Source of the DNA: Chthoniobacteraceae bacterium
Lineage (GTDB): Bacteria > Verrucomicrobiota > Verrucomicrobiia > Chthoniobacterales > Chthoniobacteraceae
Assembly: GCA_037190965.1 (NCBI GenBank)
Contig: JBBCKI010000019.1
Coordinates: forward strand, 32,001-96,000
Direction of reading: 5' to 3'
DNA: 64,000 nucleotides
The position numbers and the translations under genes were made by a program. The notes under the pieces are model-generated. The model was not told where the DNA came from, ran no database searches, and saw nothing but the letters and a program-made list of their open reading frames with translations. How positions within the stretch are numbered: the stretch's first letter is position 1; the number at the start of each line of letters is the position of its first letter. This document shows positions 32,697 through 41,956 of this stretch, piece after piece.

Positions 32697-34349
32697 ATGA
32701 AAACATATCTGTTGGCTTTCTTTCTGGCGTTGGCGGTTTCCGCCTCGGCCGCGATTACCGATTTCTCCGGTGTTGAGAATATCCCCATCCAGGGCGGTGG
32801 CCGCGAGAAGCCGTATTTCACCTACGCCACCGAAACACTCCAGACGCTCACCGGGCGGGCCACCTACCGCGACGGCGAAAGGAAGATCCCTGCGATGGAG
32901 GCGATCTTCGACATCGGTTTCCACCCGCACGCATGGGGCGAACGCCCGCTGATCCTGATCGATTACAAGCCGCTCAAGGAAGCCATTGGGCTCCCGACCG
33001 ATCGCAAGCTTTTCTCGCTCTCGGAGCTCGCCGCGAACGAAGGCCTCAAGGAACGGGTCGCGGAAGTTGAAAAGCTGTTGGGCGATCCTGCCAAGCCGAA
33101 GCTGAACCGCGAGCAGACCGAGGTCAGCGAGATCACCGCCCGCGTCAGGCTGGCTCACGCCTTGATGGAGGGCAACGCGTTCGCTTTTGTCCCGCATCCC
33201 TCGGGCCCGGTGTGGCTGCCTGTCGCGTTTGTCGCCAAGGCTTACCCCAACGCGGGGGGAGAGGCGGTTGCGCAGGGCTGGACGGAACTAGGAAACGCCT
33301 TTTTGAAGGGGGATGACACGGCCTTCAGGTCGGCTGCCGGGAAGTTTGCCAGCGGGCTTTCCGCGTTGCGTCCGGACGCCTACCCAAGCGCGGATGTCAT
33401 GAAGCTAGAGACCGTCTACGGCAAGGCTCATCCGTTCCGCTGGGCGTGGCTCCTCTACGCGCTGGCTGCAATCGTGCTTTGGGTGACCACGCTTTGGGCG
33501 AGGTCGGGCGGATATCGGATTGCCTGGGGCCTCATCTCCATCGGCTTCGTTCTCCAGATTGCGGGCTTTGTCGCCCGGATCATTATCGGCGGGCGGGGGC
33601 CGGTCACCAATATGTACGAGTCGGTGATCTGGGCGGCCTTCGGGACGATCCTCTTCGCCATGATTCTGGAGGCGATCTACCGTTCGCGGTATATGTTCCT
33701 CGGGGCGACTCCCGTGGCGGTGGTTTGCCTCATTCTTGCCGACACACAGACGACCATTCTCAAGCCTTCCATCGATCCGCTGGCGGCGGTATTGAGGAAC
33801 AACTTCTGGCTATCCACCCATGTCACCAGCATCACGCTCAGCTACGCGGCGTTTGCGCTGGCGCTCGGGGTGGGGCATATCGTGTTGGGAAAAGTGTTTT
33901 TCAGGCGGCCTGTTTCCGCCGCCCTTTACAACTATCTCTACCGCTCGCTCCAGATCGGGGTTCTGTTGCTGGCCATCGGGACGATTCTCGGCGGCGTCTG
34001 GGCCAACGTCTCCTGGGGCCGGTTTTGGGACTGGGACCCGAAGGAAACCTGGGCGTTAATCGCGCTGTTAGGTTATCTGGCAATCCTGCACGGTCGCATT
34101 GCCGGGTGGTGGAAAGGTTTTGGCCTGGCAGTCGGCTCGGTGCTGGCGTTCCAGTCGGTGCTGATGGCGTGGTACGGCGTCAATTTTGTCCTCGGCGAGG
34201 GCTTGCATAGTTATGGATTCGGGACGGGGGGCTTCCCTGCCGTGCTCGCTTATGTCATTGCCGAGGTCGTCTTCGTCGCCCTGGTTATTGCCCGTCGCAA
34301 GAAGGAGTCGGCGGCGGCCGAACCCGAGGTCGAAGAGATCGAGGCATAG
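32697..34349 (+). CDS. ccsA: cytochrome c biogenesis protein CcsA/ResC (system II)
   Basis: PVTNMYES, WLSTHV, WWD motif WANVSWGRFWDWDPKETW, GLHSY. Confidence 0.95.
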   Translation: MKTYLLAFFLALAVSASAAITDFSGVENIPIQGGGREKPYFTYATETLQTLTGRATYRDGERKIPAMEAIFDIGFHPHAWGERPLILIDYKPLKEAIGLPTDRKLFSLSELAANEGLKERVAEVEKLLGDPAKPKLNREQTEVSEITARVRLAHALMEGNAFAFVPHPSGPVWLPVAFVAKAYPNAGGEAVAQGWTELGNAFLKGDDTAFRSAAGKFASGLSALRPDAYPSADVMKLETVYGKAHPFRWAWLLYALAAIVLWVTTLWARSGGYRIAWGLISIGFVLQIAGFVARIIIGGRGPVTNMYESVIWAAFGTILFAMILEAIYRSRYMFLGATPVAVVCLILADTQTTILKPSIDPLAAVLRNNFWLSTHVTSITLSYAAFALALGVGHIVLGKVFFRRPVSAALYNYLYRSLQIGVLLLAIGTILGGVWANVSWGRFWDWDPKETWALIALLGYLAILHGRIAGWWKGFGLAVGSVLAFQSVLMAWYGVNFVLGEGLHSYGFGTGGFPAVLAYVIAEVVFVALVIARRKKESAAAEPEVEEIEA

Positions 34350-34459
34350 TTGCGTCCGAGCTTGAAGTTATTGCCGAGAGTTTCCAATTCTTCCGTTTCA
34401 AATTTGAATCTCAGATTTGAGATTGACCGCGAAGGGACTGGACGCTATAGACCTGTCTA

Positions 34460-34909
34460 GTGAGAGACGACGACACTGTTGGGAAGAAAGCATCAACTTC
34501 AATGAGTCACCAATGGCGCCTCAGGTACTATCGTCCTGCTTCGATCGGATTTGCGGGGGTTACCCTGACTATTCTAAGCCTCATTGCCCTGATGGCCTCG
34601 CCGTTTCTCCTGGTGTTTCAGCAGATGAACGGAGGCTGGGGTTATTTCCCGGATGTCAATCCTTTCTACGTGGCTGGGGCTCAGGCGGGGATCTCCGGAA
34701 CGCTCTGCATTCTGTCATTCTTTATACTGAGGGGACATAACTGGGCCCGTTGGGGGTTTCTTCTTTTCGGAGCGGCTGTGCTCGGTTTGCTGGTGATTCG
34801 GTTCGCCTCTCCTTGGGAAGGGTTGCCCGCCTTGGGATATGTGAGCTTTGCGGTGATTTTGTTTCGTCCGACTGCCAATGACTTTTTCAATCTCGCCAAG
34901 GCGTTTTAA
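34460..34909 (+). CDS. hypothetical membrane protein
   Basis: about four TM helices, GHNWAR motif; start may be ATG 34502. Confidence 0.65.
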   Translation: MRDDDTVGKKASTSMSHQWRLRYYRPASIGFAGVTLTILSLIALMASPFLLVFQQMNGGWGYFPDVNPFYVAGAQAGISGTLCILSFFILRGHNWARWGFLLFGAAVLGLLVIRFASPWEGLPALGYVSFAVILFRPTANDFFNLAKAF

Positions 34910-34951
34910 TGCGATGTCAGGCGAGTTCCTTGGATAAGAGGGAAGCGTTCT

Positions 34952-35099
34952 CTCGTTGCCAATCTCCAGATTGGTATTGCCAATATCCCCGAATCTCTGA
35001 TTCGAAAGTCTTGTCATCTCAGGGTGCCGAAACGGACAAGGGTTGCGAAACTGGAGTTTCGAAGATACGTGTCGTTCCCAAACAGAGTTTTGGAACGAG
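34952..35099. repeat. REP doublet (REPIN-like) element, family 2 (CTCGTT-type)
   Basis: left arm CTCGTTGCCAATCTCCAGATTGG...CGAATCTCTGATTCG; right arm (reverse) CTCGTTCCAAAACTCTGTTTGGGAACG...CGAAACTCCAGTTTCG; inside 16-bp direct repeat at 34895 and 35109. Confidence 0.75.
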
Positions 35100-35129
35100 G
35101 AAAATTTTGCCAAGGCGTTTTAATCGCAA

Positions 35130-36245
35130 CTAGCTCCCCGCATTCATGGCGGTAAGCCAAGCCTGGTAGGCGGCGGGCGAGATCTCGGAGGGTTTGATTT
35201 CGCTGCGTCCTCCCCAGAAGACGCTGGTATAGTTGACGGGAATCCCGCACTCCGCCAAATGCGCGTCGATGGCGGCTTTATGTTCCAGGAGGCGCGGTTT
35301 TTCCGTGCCGTGGGCGACGGCCATGATGTTGACGTTGCAAAAGTCCGGTCCTCCTTCGCGCCAGTAGCAGTGCGTCAGAATTTCATGACGGCCCACTTCG
35401 CCACCGGCCTCGATTTCACGCCCCGCCGGGACGGCCCAATGGAAGAGCCCGTTGAATCGCGTGACTCTCTGCCCGGTTTGTAGCGGTTTGACGTGCTCTA
35501 GGAACGTGGAGAACCGGCCAATGACTCGCCGCTTTTGAAGTGACTCGGCCACTTCGTAGAACGTCGGCAGCGACACTTCCGCTTCCAGCGCGCGCGCCTT
35601 CCAGGGGTGCGGGCCGATTTCTTCGAGGGCAAGCTCGCGCTTGAGGGCGACGAGAACGCGCCACTCCAGGTCGCCCAGGGTGACCACACCGGTTGGAATC
35701 ATGGAGGCGGGCTGCGGGGCTCGCGTGCCCGGTTCGACGCTTTTGCGCCGCACATGGCCCACTCCGAGCGTGAAGATCCCCCTTGCGGGCATCAGCCTGT
35801 ATTGCTCGCAACCGGTTCGCTCCATCAGTAAAGCGGCGTGGCGCTCCATCGAGACTCCTGCGGGGACTTTCAAGGTGGTCCAGAGCCGGTAGTCGGACCC
35901 GGCGGTGGCCTGGTCCGTGGAGCGCACGACGACGTGACCCGAGAACGGGTCTTCCTTCGACATGAAGTCGAACGCGGCGTTGAGTTTTTCCTCCGGCACT
36001 TTCCATGCCACCAGCGCCCCTTGCGCCAGGTTCGTGGCAATCAATGTCTGGCGAACCCGCCGGATCGTCCCCGCCGCAAGCATGGCGCGAATTCTCTCCA
36101 TGACGCTTTCCAACGGCACGCCGGAGCGTTCGGCAATGAGAAGGAACGGTTCGCGGACAAACCCCTGGATTTTATCTTCGGAGATGGAAAGAATCCGGGC
36201 ATTGAGGGGGTCGGTATGGTCGATGGGTATGGCAGCAGCGCTCAC
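35130..36245 (-). CDS. fused AhbA-AhbB/NirDL-like siroheme decarboxylase family protein (two Lrp/AsnC-like modules)
   Basis: two HTH+RAM repeats; GALVAWKVP...GHVVVR and HWAVP...THCYWR...MAVAHG. Confidence 0.75.
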   Translation of the reverse strand: MSAAAIPIDHTDPLNARILSISEDKIQGFVREPFLLIAERSGVPLESVMERIRAMLAAGTIRRVRQTLIATNLAQGALVAWKVPEEKLNAAFDFMSKEDPFSGHVVVRSTDQATAGSDYRLWTTLKVPAGVSMERHAALLMERTGCEQYRLMPARGIFTLGVGHVRRKSVEPGTRAPQPASMIPTGVVTLGDLEWRVLVALKRELALEEIGPHPWKARALEAEVSLPTFYEVAESLQKRRVIGRFSTFLEHVKPLQTGQRVTRFNGLFHWAVPAGREIEAGGEVGRHEILTHCYWREGGPDFCNVNIMAVAHGTEKPRLLEHKAAIDAHLAECGIPVNYTSVFWGGRSEIKPSEISPAAYQAWLTAMNAGS

Positions 36246-36352
36246 GATGTTTTACAGTCGTTCGAAACTCGTTGATTTCCAGCGAGATGGATTTTTTTTG
36301 AAAAAACTCTAAGAAACCCCCGCGATGCCGCGTTGACTCTTTGAAAAACCCC

Positions 36353-36871
36353 ATGTCAACCAGCCCCCTGAGTTGGATCGAACCGATCCTGGAACGTTAC
36401 GAGCGGCCTCTGCTCCAGTACGCCGCCAGCATTTGCGGCAACGCCGAGAATGCCCGGGATGTGGTTCAGGACACCTTTGTGCGGCTGGCACGGCATGGCG
36501 CACCCGAGGCGGAGCATCTTGCCCCGTGGCTCTTCACTGTTTGCCGAAACCGCGCCCTGGATTGGCGTCGCAAGGAGGATCGAATCATGCCAATGAACCA
36601 CGAACCGCACGATGCGGAGACGGCCGCCGACGCGCCGAGTCCTGCCGCGTCGCTGCAACAAAAGGAGACGGCAGAGCGCCTCGCCGTTTTGTTGGAGCAC
36701 CTTTCCGAGAACCAGCGGGAGGTGATCCGGCTGCGCTTCCAGTGCGATCTGAGCTACCGGGAGATCAGCGAGATCACGCAACTCGGCGTCAGCAACGTCG
36801 GGTTTCTCATTCACACGGGCCTTAAAAAGCTGCGCCAGCTGTGGCCCGAAAATCTGGAGGTAAAATCATGA
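36353..36871 (+). CDS. ECF RNA polymerase sigma factor
   Basis: ARDVVQDTF, WLFTVCRNRALD (region 2); QREVIRL...LSYREISE (region 4). Confidence 0.93.
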   Translation: MSTSPLSWIEPILERYERPLLQYAASICGNAENARDVVQDTFVRLARHGAPEAEHLAPWLFTVCRNRALDWRRKEDRIMPMNHEPHDAETAADAPSPAASLQQKETAERLAVLLEHLSENQREVIRLRFQCDLSYREISEITQLGVSNVGFLIHTGLKKLRQLWPENLEVKS

Positions 36872-39117
36872 ATCTGGACGATCCCAAACTGACGGCTTAC
36901 GCCTTGGGGGAATTGGACGAATTGACCGGCGAGGAACGCCTCGCTCTGGAGAAGCTGCTTGCGGAATCCGCGGAGGCCCGCGCCTTTGTGGAAGAGACCG
37001 CCGCGTTTGCTCAAACCCTGAAAGGGGAGTTCCTCACGGAAATGCCAGCGACCGCGCTGAGGCAGGTAAGCCGCGCCGAGTTGCTCTCGGAGGTTGAGGT
37101 GGCGAGAAAAATCGCGCCTTTTTCCGCAGGACGGCGGGTGGCATGGGCCGTGGGGTTGAGCGCAATGGCCGCCGCGTTGGCGACGGTTTTTTACCTGCCG
37201 TTTGAGGCGAAGGAAGCGGAACGTTCGAAGGCGCGTTCGCGGAACGAACGGGTCTCGGTGCTCACGGAAGCCGGGGAGCGGAAAGTGGAAGGCAATCTGG
37301 TGAAGGCGAAGGCGATCGATGCCGCAATCGGAGACAACGTGGTTATGAATGAGCCGATTGACTCGGAAACAGCTCTAGCTCTTTCGAGCATAACGACTTC
37401 CGCTCCATCTGCAACGCTGGACAGTTTGGTAGTGACTCCTCCTATGGAGTTGAAGTCGCCTGCAATCCCGGCAGCAGTTCCTCCACCTATCGTTTCGGTA
37501 GCTGGGGTTTCGGCACCTGTGCTTGCCTCCAAGTTGACTGCTGCACAAATCAAAGAAGTGGCGGCATTTACCGGAGGTTGGGCGAGAAGAGAAGGAGCTT
37601 CAGATTTTCGGGGGAATGGGCTGGGCGCAATTCATGAGATGGAGAGGAATGTAAGGGAACGACGTGCATCGGAGGCCTTCAATACCGAAGCCTACGCCGA
37701 CCTGGACGAAAACCCGTTCCTCGCCGTTGGGCAGAACCCTCTCTCCACCTTCTCCATTGATGTCGATACGGCGAGCTATTCGAACGTGCGGCGGTTCCTC
37801 ACGGCCGGGCAGCGGCCTCCGGTCGGGGCGGTGCGGATCGAGGAGTTGCTCAATTACTTCCGTTATGACTACGCACCGCCGAAGGGTGACGCGCCGTTCG
37901 CTACGCATGTGGAGGTGGCCCAATGCCCATGGCAACCCGCTCACCGGCTGGTACGGATCGGGTTGAAAGGGCGCGAGCTTCGCGAGGAGGGGCGCGCGTC
38001 GAGTAACCTGGTGTTCCTGATCGATGTTTCCGGCTCCATGAACGAACCCAACAAGCTGCCGCTCCTCAAGCAGAGCATGCGCCTCCTTGTGGAGAAGCTG
38101 GGAGAGAACGACCGGGTGTCGATGGTCGTCTACGCAGGCGCGGCGGGCCTGGTCCTTCCAGCCACGCGCGGCGACAAGAAGGAGGCGATTCTCGCCGCGC
38201 TGGAACGGTTGCAGGCGGGCGGGTCCACCAATGGCGCGGGCGGCATCGGGCTCGCCTATGAAACCGCCGTGGAAAACATGATCCCGGGGGGAATCAACCG
38301 CGTGATTCTCGCGACCGATGGCGACTTCAATGTCGGCGTGACCAATGAGTCCGAACTGGCTCGATTGATCGAGGCAAAGGCAAAGACGGGGGTATACCTT
38401 ACGGTGCTCGGTTTCGGCCAGGGGAACTACAACGACGCCACGATGAAGAAGCTCTCCACCAAGGGGAACGGCAACTACGCCTATATCGATTCGCTGCGCG
38501 AAGGGCGCAAGGTGCTCGTGGAGCAGATCGGCGGGACGCTCGTGACCATCGCCAAGGATGTGAAGATCCAGGTCGAGTTCAACCCGCGCGTCGCCGGCAC
38601 CTACCGGTTGATCGGGTATGAAAACCGGCTCTTGAGGAAGGAGGACTTCAACGATGATAAGAAGGATGCCGGTGAGATCGGCGCCGGGCATACGGTCACC
38701 GCGCTTTACGAGGTCGTTCCGGTTGGAGTCAGCGCCGGGACCGGCAAGGTGGACGCCCTGAAATACCAGCCCGCGCCCGCGGAAACCGTGCGCGGCTTGG
38801 AAACGCCTGCGTCGGAAGAGTTGCTCACCGTCAAGCTGCGCTACAAGAAGCCGGACGGGGAGACCAGCTTGCTTCTCGAGCATCCGGTGACCGATCGCGG
38901 GGCGGCGATTGGAGAAAGCTCGAAGGACTTCCGCTTCGCCGCCGCCGTGGCCGAGTTCGGGATGCTACTGAAGAACTCGGCTCATGCGGGATCGGCAACC
39001 TGGGAAAGCGCCCGGGAACTGGCGACGGAAGGGAAGGGGATCGACGAGGGAGGCTACCGGGCCGAGTTCATCGAGTTGCTGGAGAAAGTAAAAGGGTTTG
39101 GTTTGCAGGATCGGTAA
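36868..39117 (+). CDS. anti-sigma-like N-terminus + TM + YfbK-type vWA protein
   Basis: LTAYALGEL N-terminus, TM, STFSIDVDTASY, DVSGSM MIDAS, ATDGDFNVG, FAAAVAEFG; ATGA overlap with sigma gene. Confidence 0.9.
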   Translation: MNLDDPKLTAYALGELDELTGEERLALEKLLAESAEARAFVEETAAFAQTLKGEFLTEMPATALRQVSRAELLSEVEVARKIAPFSAGRRVAWAVGLSAMAAALATVFYLPFEAKEAERSKARSRNERVSVLTEAGERKVEGNLVKAKAIDAAIGDNVVMNEPIDSETALALSSITTSAPSATLDSLVVTPPMELKSPAIPAAVPPPIVSVAGVSAPVLASKLTAAQIKEVAAFTGGWARREGASDFRGNGLGAIHEMERNVRERRASEAFNTEAYADLDENPFLAVGQNPLSTFSIDVDTASYSNVRRFLTAGQRPPVGAVRIEELLNYFRYDYAPPKGDAPFATHVEVAQCPWQPAHRLVRIGLKGRELREEGRASSNLVFLIDVSGSMNEPNKLPLLKQSMRLLVEKLGENDRVSMVVYAGAAGLVLPATRGDKKEAILAALERLQAGGSTNGAGGIGLAYETAVENMIPGGINRVILATDGDFNVGVTNESELARLIEAKAKTGVYLTVLGFGQGNYNDATMKKLSTKGNGNYAYIDSLREGRKVLVEQIGGTLVTIAKDVKIQVEFNPRVAGTYRLIGYENRLLRKEDFNDDKKDAGEIGAGHTVTALYEVVPVGVSAGTGKVDALKYQPAPAETVRGLETPASEELLTVKLRYKKPDGETSLLLEHPVTDRGAAIGESSKDFRFAAAVAEFGMLLKNSAHAGSATWESARELATEGKGIDEGGYRAEFIELLEKVKGFGLQDR

Positions 39118-39129
39118 CGGTCGCGGACC

Positions 39130-39168
39130 AAAAAAAAGCCCTCCCGCACAAGGATTGCGCGGGAGGGC
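39130..39168 (-). terminator. intrinsic terminator between convergent genes
   Basis: GCCCTCCCGC/GCGGGAGGGC stem with adjacent A8 (U-tract on minus strand). Confidence 0.75.
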
Positions 39169-39191
39169 GAAAATATTTTGGAGTACAACCG

Positions 39192-39809
39192 CTAGTACTT
39201 CACCCCGCAGCCGTATGACTTCGAGGTTGGGTGCGAGACCGGCTTGCCGGCGGCAAGCTCATCCAATGCTTGTGTTACGTAGTTTTTCGAGGCGGCGATG
39301 TCAGCCTGCTTGGGCGTGGGTTTGTCGTCAATGGCACCCGCGTAAACCAGCATTCCCTCGGGGTTGATGACAAACATTTGTGGTGTCGTCTTGGCCCCAT
39401 AGGCGCGGCCTACCTTGCCATCGCTATCGATCAGGCTCGCGGTGGCGGCGACTTCATGCCCCTTGTCATAGGCGGCCACCTGCTCGGCTGTCAGGGCTCC
39501 CTGCTTGCCGGGTGCGCCGGAGTTGATGCGGTACCAGACGACGCCCTTCGCCAGCGCGTCCTTCTGGAGTTTCTGCATGTCGCCTTTCTCGTAATACTTC
39601 TTCACGAACGGGCATTCCGGGTTGGTCCATTCGAGAACGACGGTCTTGCCTTTGGCGGAGGCGAGGTCGTGCGTTTTCCCATCCCCGCCCGGGAGGCTGA
39701 AGTTGGGAGCCGGTTTGCCGACTTCCGCCGGAGAGTCCGCGGCGTGCAGGACAGGAGAGACGGCGAAAAGGGCTGACAGGGCGAACGGAACGAGGAGGAG
39801 TGTTTTCAT
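39192..39809 (-). CDS. secreted redoxin (AhpC/TSA thioredoxin-fold) protein
   Basis: signal peptide, VLEWTNPECPFV, YGAKTTP, YAGAIDD, YGCGVKY. Confidence 0.9.
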   Translation of the reverse strand: MKTLLLVPFALSALFAVSPVLHAADSPAEVGKPAPNFSLPGGDGKTHDLASAKGKTVVLEWTNPECPFVKKYYEKGDMQKLQKDALAKGVVWYRINSGAPGKQGALTAEQVAAYDKGHEVAATASLIDSDGKVGRAYGAKTTPQMFVINPEGMLVYAGAIDDKPTPKQADIAASKNYVTQALDELAAGKPVSHPTSKSYGCGVKY

Positions 39810-39952
39810 AGTCGTGGGATTCCTTCGATTCGTGAGGGTTCTAGTGAATGGATGTTTTTTTCCGAGGCTCGAGCACGATTGCGAAAGCAGCCGGGCGCGA
39901 GCGTACCTTTTTTGGATTCCATTCCTGCCAAAACGTTCAAACTTTTTAGGGA

Positions 39953-40020
39953 GTTTCGTCACGAGAGGCGCATGGCAGCAGCAAGCCGAAGTGGATGGCT
40001 TGCGACACTCGTGACGAAAC
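39953..40020. repeat. inverted repeat immediately downstream of ruvB
   Basis: GTTTCGTCACGAG perfectly inverted (13 bp), 18 of 20 bp when extended; inner GCAAGCC/GGCTTGC stem. Confidence 0.7.
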
Positions 40021-40023
40021 GAC

Positions 40024-41040
40024 CTAGAAGAGCTCGTTGGGCCGGTTTGGCGGCGTCACCCCCACCTTGCGATACGCCGGGGCAAGAGCGACGCGCCCCT
40101 GCGGGGTGCGCTTGAGGTAACCTTGCATGATAAGGTAGGGCTCATTGACATCCTCCAGGGTGCCCGCCTCCTCGCCAATGGCGACAGCCAGCGAGTTCAA
40201 TCCTACCGGGCCGCCTTCGAAGGTATGGATCAGGGTTTCGAGAATCCGTTTGTCCATTTCGTCGAAGCCGTCTTCGTCGATGTCGAGCATGCGGAGGGCG
40301 CGGTCGGCCACTTCCCGGTTGATGGCCGAGTCCGCCCGGACCTGTGCGAAGTCGCGTACCCAGCGCAGGAGATTATTGGCAATGCGGGGCGTGCCTCGCG
40401 AGCGCGCCGCGATTTCCAGCGCCCCGGGACCATCGATGTCGATATTAACGATCCGCGCGCTTCGCTGGATGATCGCCTGGAGTTCGTCCGCCGTGTAGTA
40501 GTCGAGGCGGCTGGTCATCCCGAAGCGCGAACGCAGCGGTGCCGAGATCATGCCGGAGCGGGTGGTCGCGCCGATGAGCGTGAACTTCGGGAGGTTGAGT
40601 CGCACGCTCCGGGCGTTGGGCCCCTGGTCGATAATGATGTCGAGCTTGAAGTCCTCCATCGCCGGGTAGAGGTACTCCTCAATGGTCGGCTGGAGGCGGT
40701 GGATTTCGTCGATAAAGAGGACGTCGCCACGTTCCAGGGTGGTGAGCAGCCCCGCGAGATCTCCGGCTTTCTCAATAGTCGGCCCGCTGGTATTCTTGAT
40801 GCTCACGCCCATGGCGTTGGCGAGGATGTAAGCCAGCGTCGTTTTGCCGAGGCCGGGGGGGCCGCTCAGGAGAACGTGATCGAGCACGTCGCCGCGTTGC
40901 CGCGCCGCTTCGACGATCACCTCAAGGCGTTCGCACACCTTTGCCTGCCCGGCAAACTCGTTGAACATCGGCGGCCGCAGGGAGATGTCGAACGGGGTAT
41001 CGGGGGCGTCCAGGGTGCTTCTGACGAAATTTTCGGACAC
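40024..41040 (-). CDS. ruvB: Holliday junction branch migration helicase RuvB
   Basis: [36 protein letters not shown]...RTPQGR. Confidence 0.98.
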   Translation of the reverse strand: MSENFVRSTLDAPDTPFDISLRPPMFNEFAGQAKVCERLEVIVEAARQRGDVLDHVLLSGPPGLGKTTLAYILANAMGVSIKNTSGPTIEKAGDLAGLLTTLERGDVLFIDEIHRLQPTIEEYLYPAMEDFKLDIIIDQGPNARSVRLNLPKFTLIGATTRSGMISAPLRSRFGMTSRLDYYTADELQAIIQRSARIVNIDIDGPGALEIAARSRGTPRIANNLLRWVRDFAQVRADSAINREVADRALRMLDIDEDGFDEMDKRILETLIHTFEGGPVGLNSLAVAIGEEAGTLEDVNEPYLIMQGYLKRTPQGRVALAPAYRKVGVTPPNRPNELF

Positions 41041-41118
41041 GCCGGAGATTCAAGTGCGGCCCGGGCCGGTTTGCAAATCCTTTCCGGTCTCCGGTCTCAG
41101 CTTTCCGGTTTTCTTCGT

Positions 41119-41520
41119 TTACTCGCGCTCGTCGGGGAGGTCGATCTCCAGACGGCATTGCAGCATTCGGTCGTGTTCGGCTTCGTCGAGCCCTTCGGCG
41201 ACAAGCTCTTCGCCAATGCTGGCGTTGCCGTCCACCTCCGTCCGGCCAACATGATGGCCGAGGGTTGGCGCGATCATGTCGCGTTCCGAGATGATCTCCG
41301 CCATCTGGTCGTCAGGACCGTTGAGATTGAATAGATCGGGGTCGTGATTGCCGCCGTGAAGTTCTCTGTAGGCGCGTCGCCAGTCGAGTTCAGTCTGATG
41401 ATCGCGGCCGTCGATGAGGGCGAGTTCACGGGCGCGTTGCCGGACGGTTTCGGGCGATGGGATCCCCATCCCTTCGGTGTGTCGCAGGATTTTCCCGGAA
41501 ACCGGCCGCTTCATTCGCAT
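41119..41520 (-). CDS. hypothetical protein with DUF2934-like segment
   Basis: PSPETVRQRARELA...DWRRAYREL. Confidence 0.6.
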   Translation of the reverse strand: MRMKRPVSGKILRHTEGMGIPSPETVRQRARELALIDGRDHQTELDWRRAYRELHGGNHDPDLFNLNGPDDQMAEIISERDMIAPTLGHHVGRTEVDGNASIGEELVAEGLDEAEHDRMLQCRLEIDLPDERE

Positions 41521-41591
41521 ACTTACCGATACTCAGAAAATGGCCGGGCGCAAGCGGCTCTTCAAGGGGGGGCGTTCGGCCACCGGATGAG

Positions 41592-41791
41592 CTAGGCACG
41601 AAAGGTACCGCGTTCAGTGTAGCGCACCGCCACGTCGCCGCCGTCCGCAATCATTCCGTCCACCGTCAGATTGATCGTAAAGCTCTCGATCAACTAGCTC
41701 CAGATTTCAAGGGCCTGGCCAATCGGCACCGCACCGAGCACCCCCGATTGAAGGCGGCAACGTAAGCATGAATCACGTCGATATCGGAGGG
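41592..41791 (-). pseudogene. SnoaL-like ester cyclase pseudogene remnant
   Basis: SDIDVIHAYVAAFNRG, frameshift, then VLGAVPIGQALEIWS*LIESFTINLTVDGMIADGGDVAVRYTERGTFRA*. Confidence 0.7.
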
Positions 41792-41956
41792 CCTATTTGC
41801 AGCGTCGAAGAAACATGAAACGCGCGGAAAGGAAAGTCGGGCGCGCCACCTCTGCCCGATTGGTGAAAAATTCATCCCGATCTATGAAAAAATAATCGCC
41901 GAAACGCCCGCTTTTACGGACGCGTGTCACAGACAAACGCAAGTGGAAATTAACCT

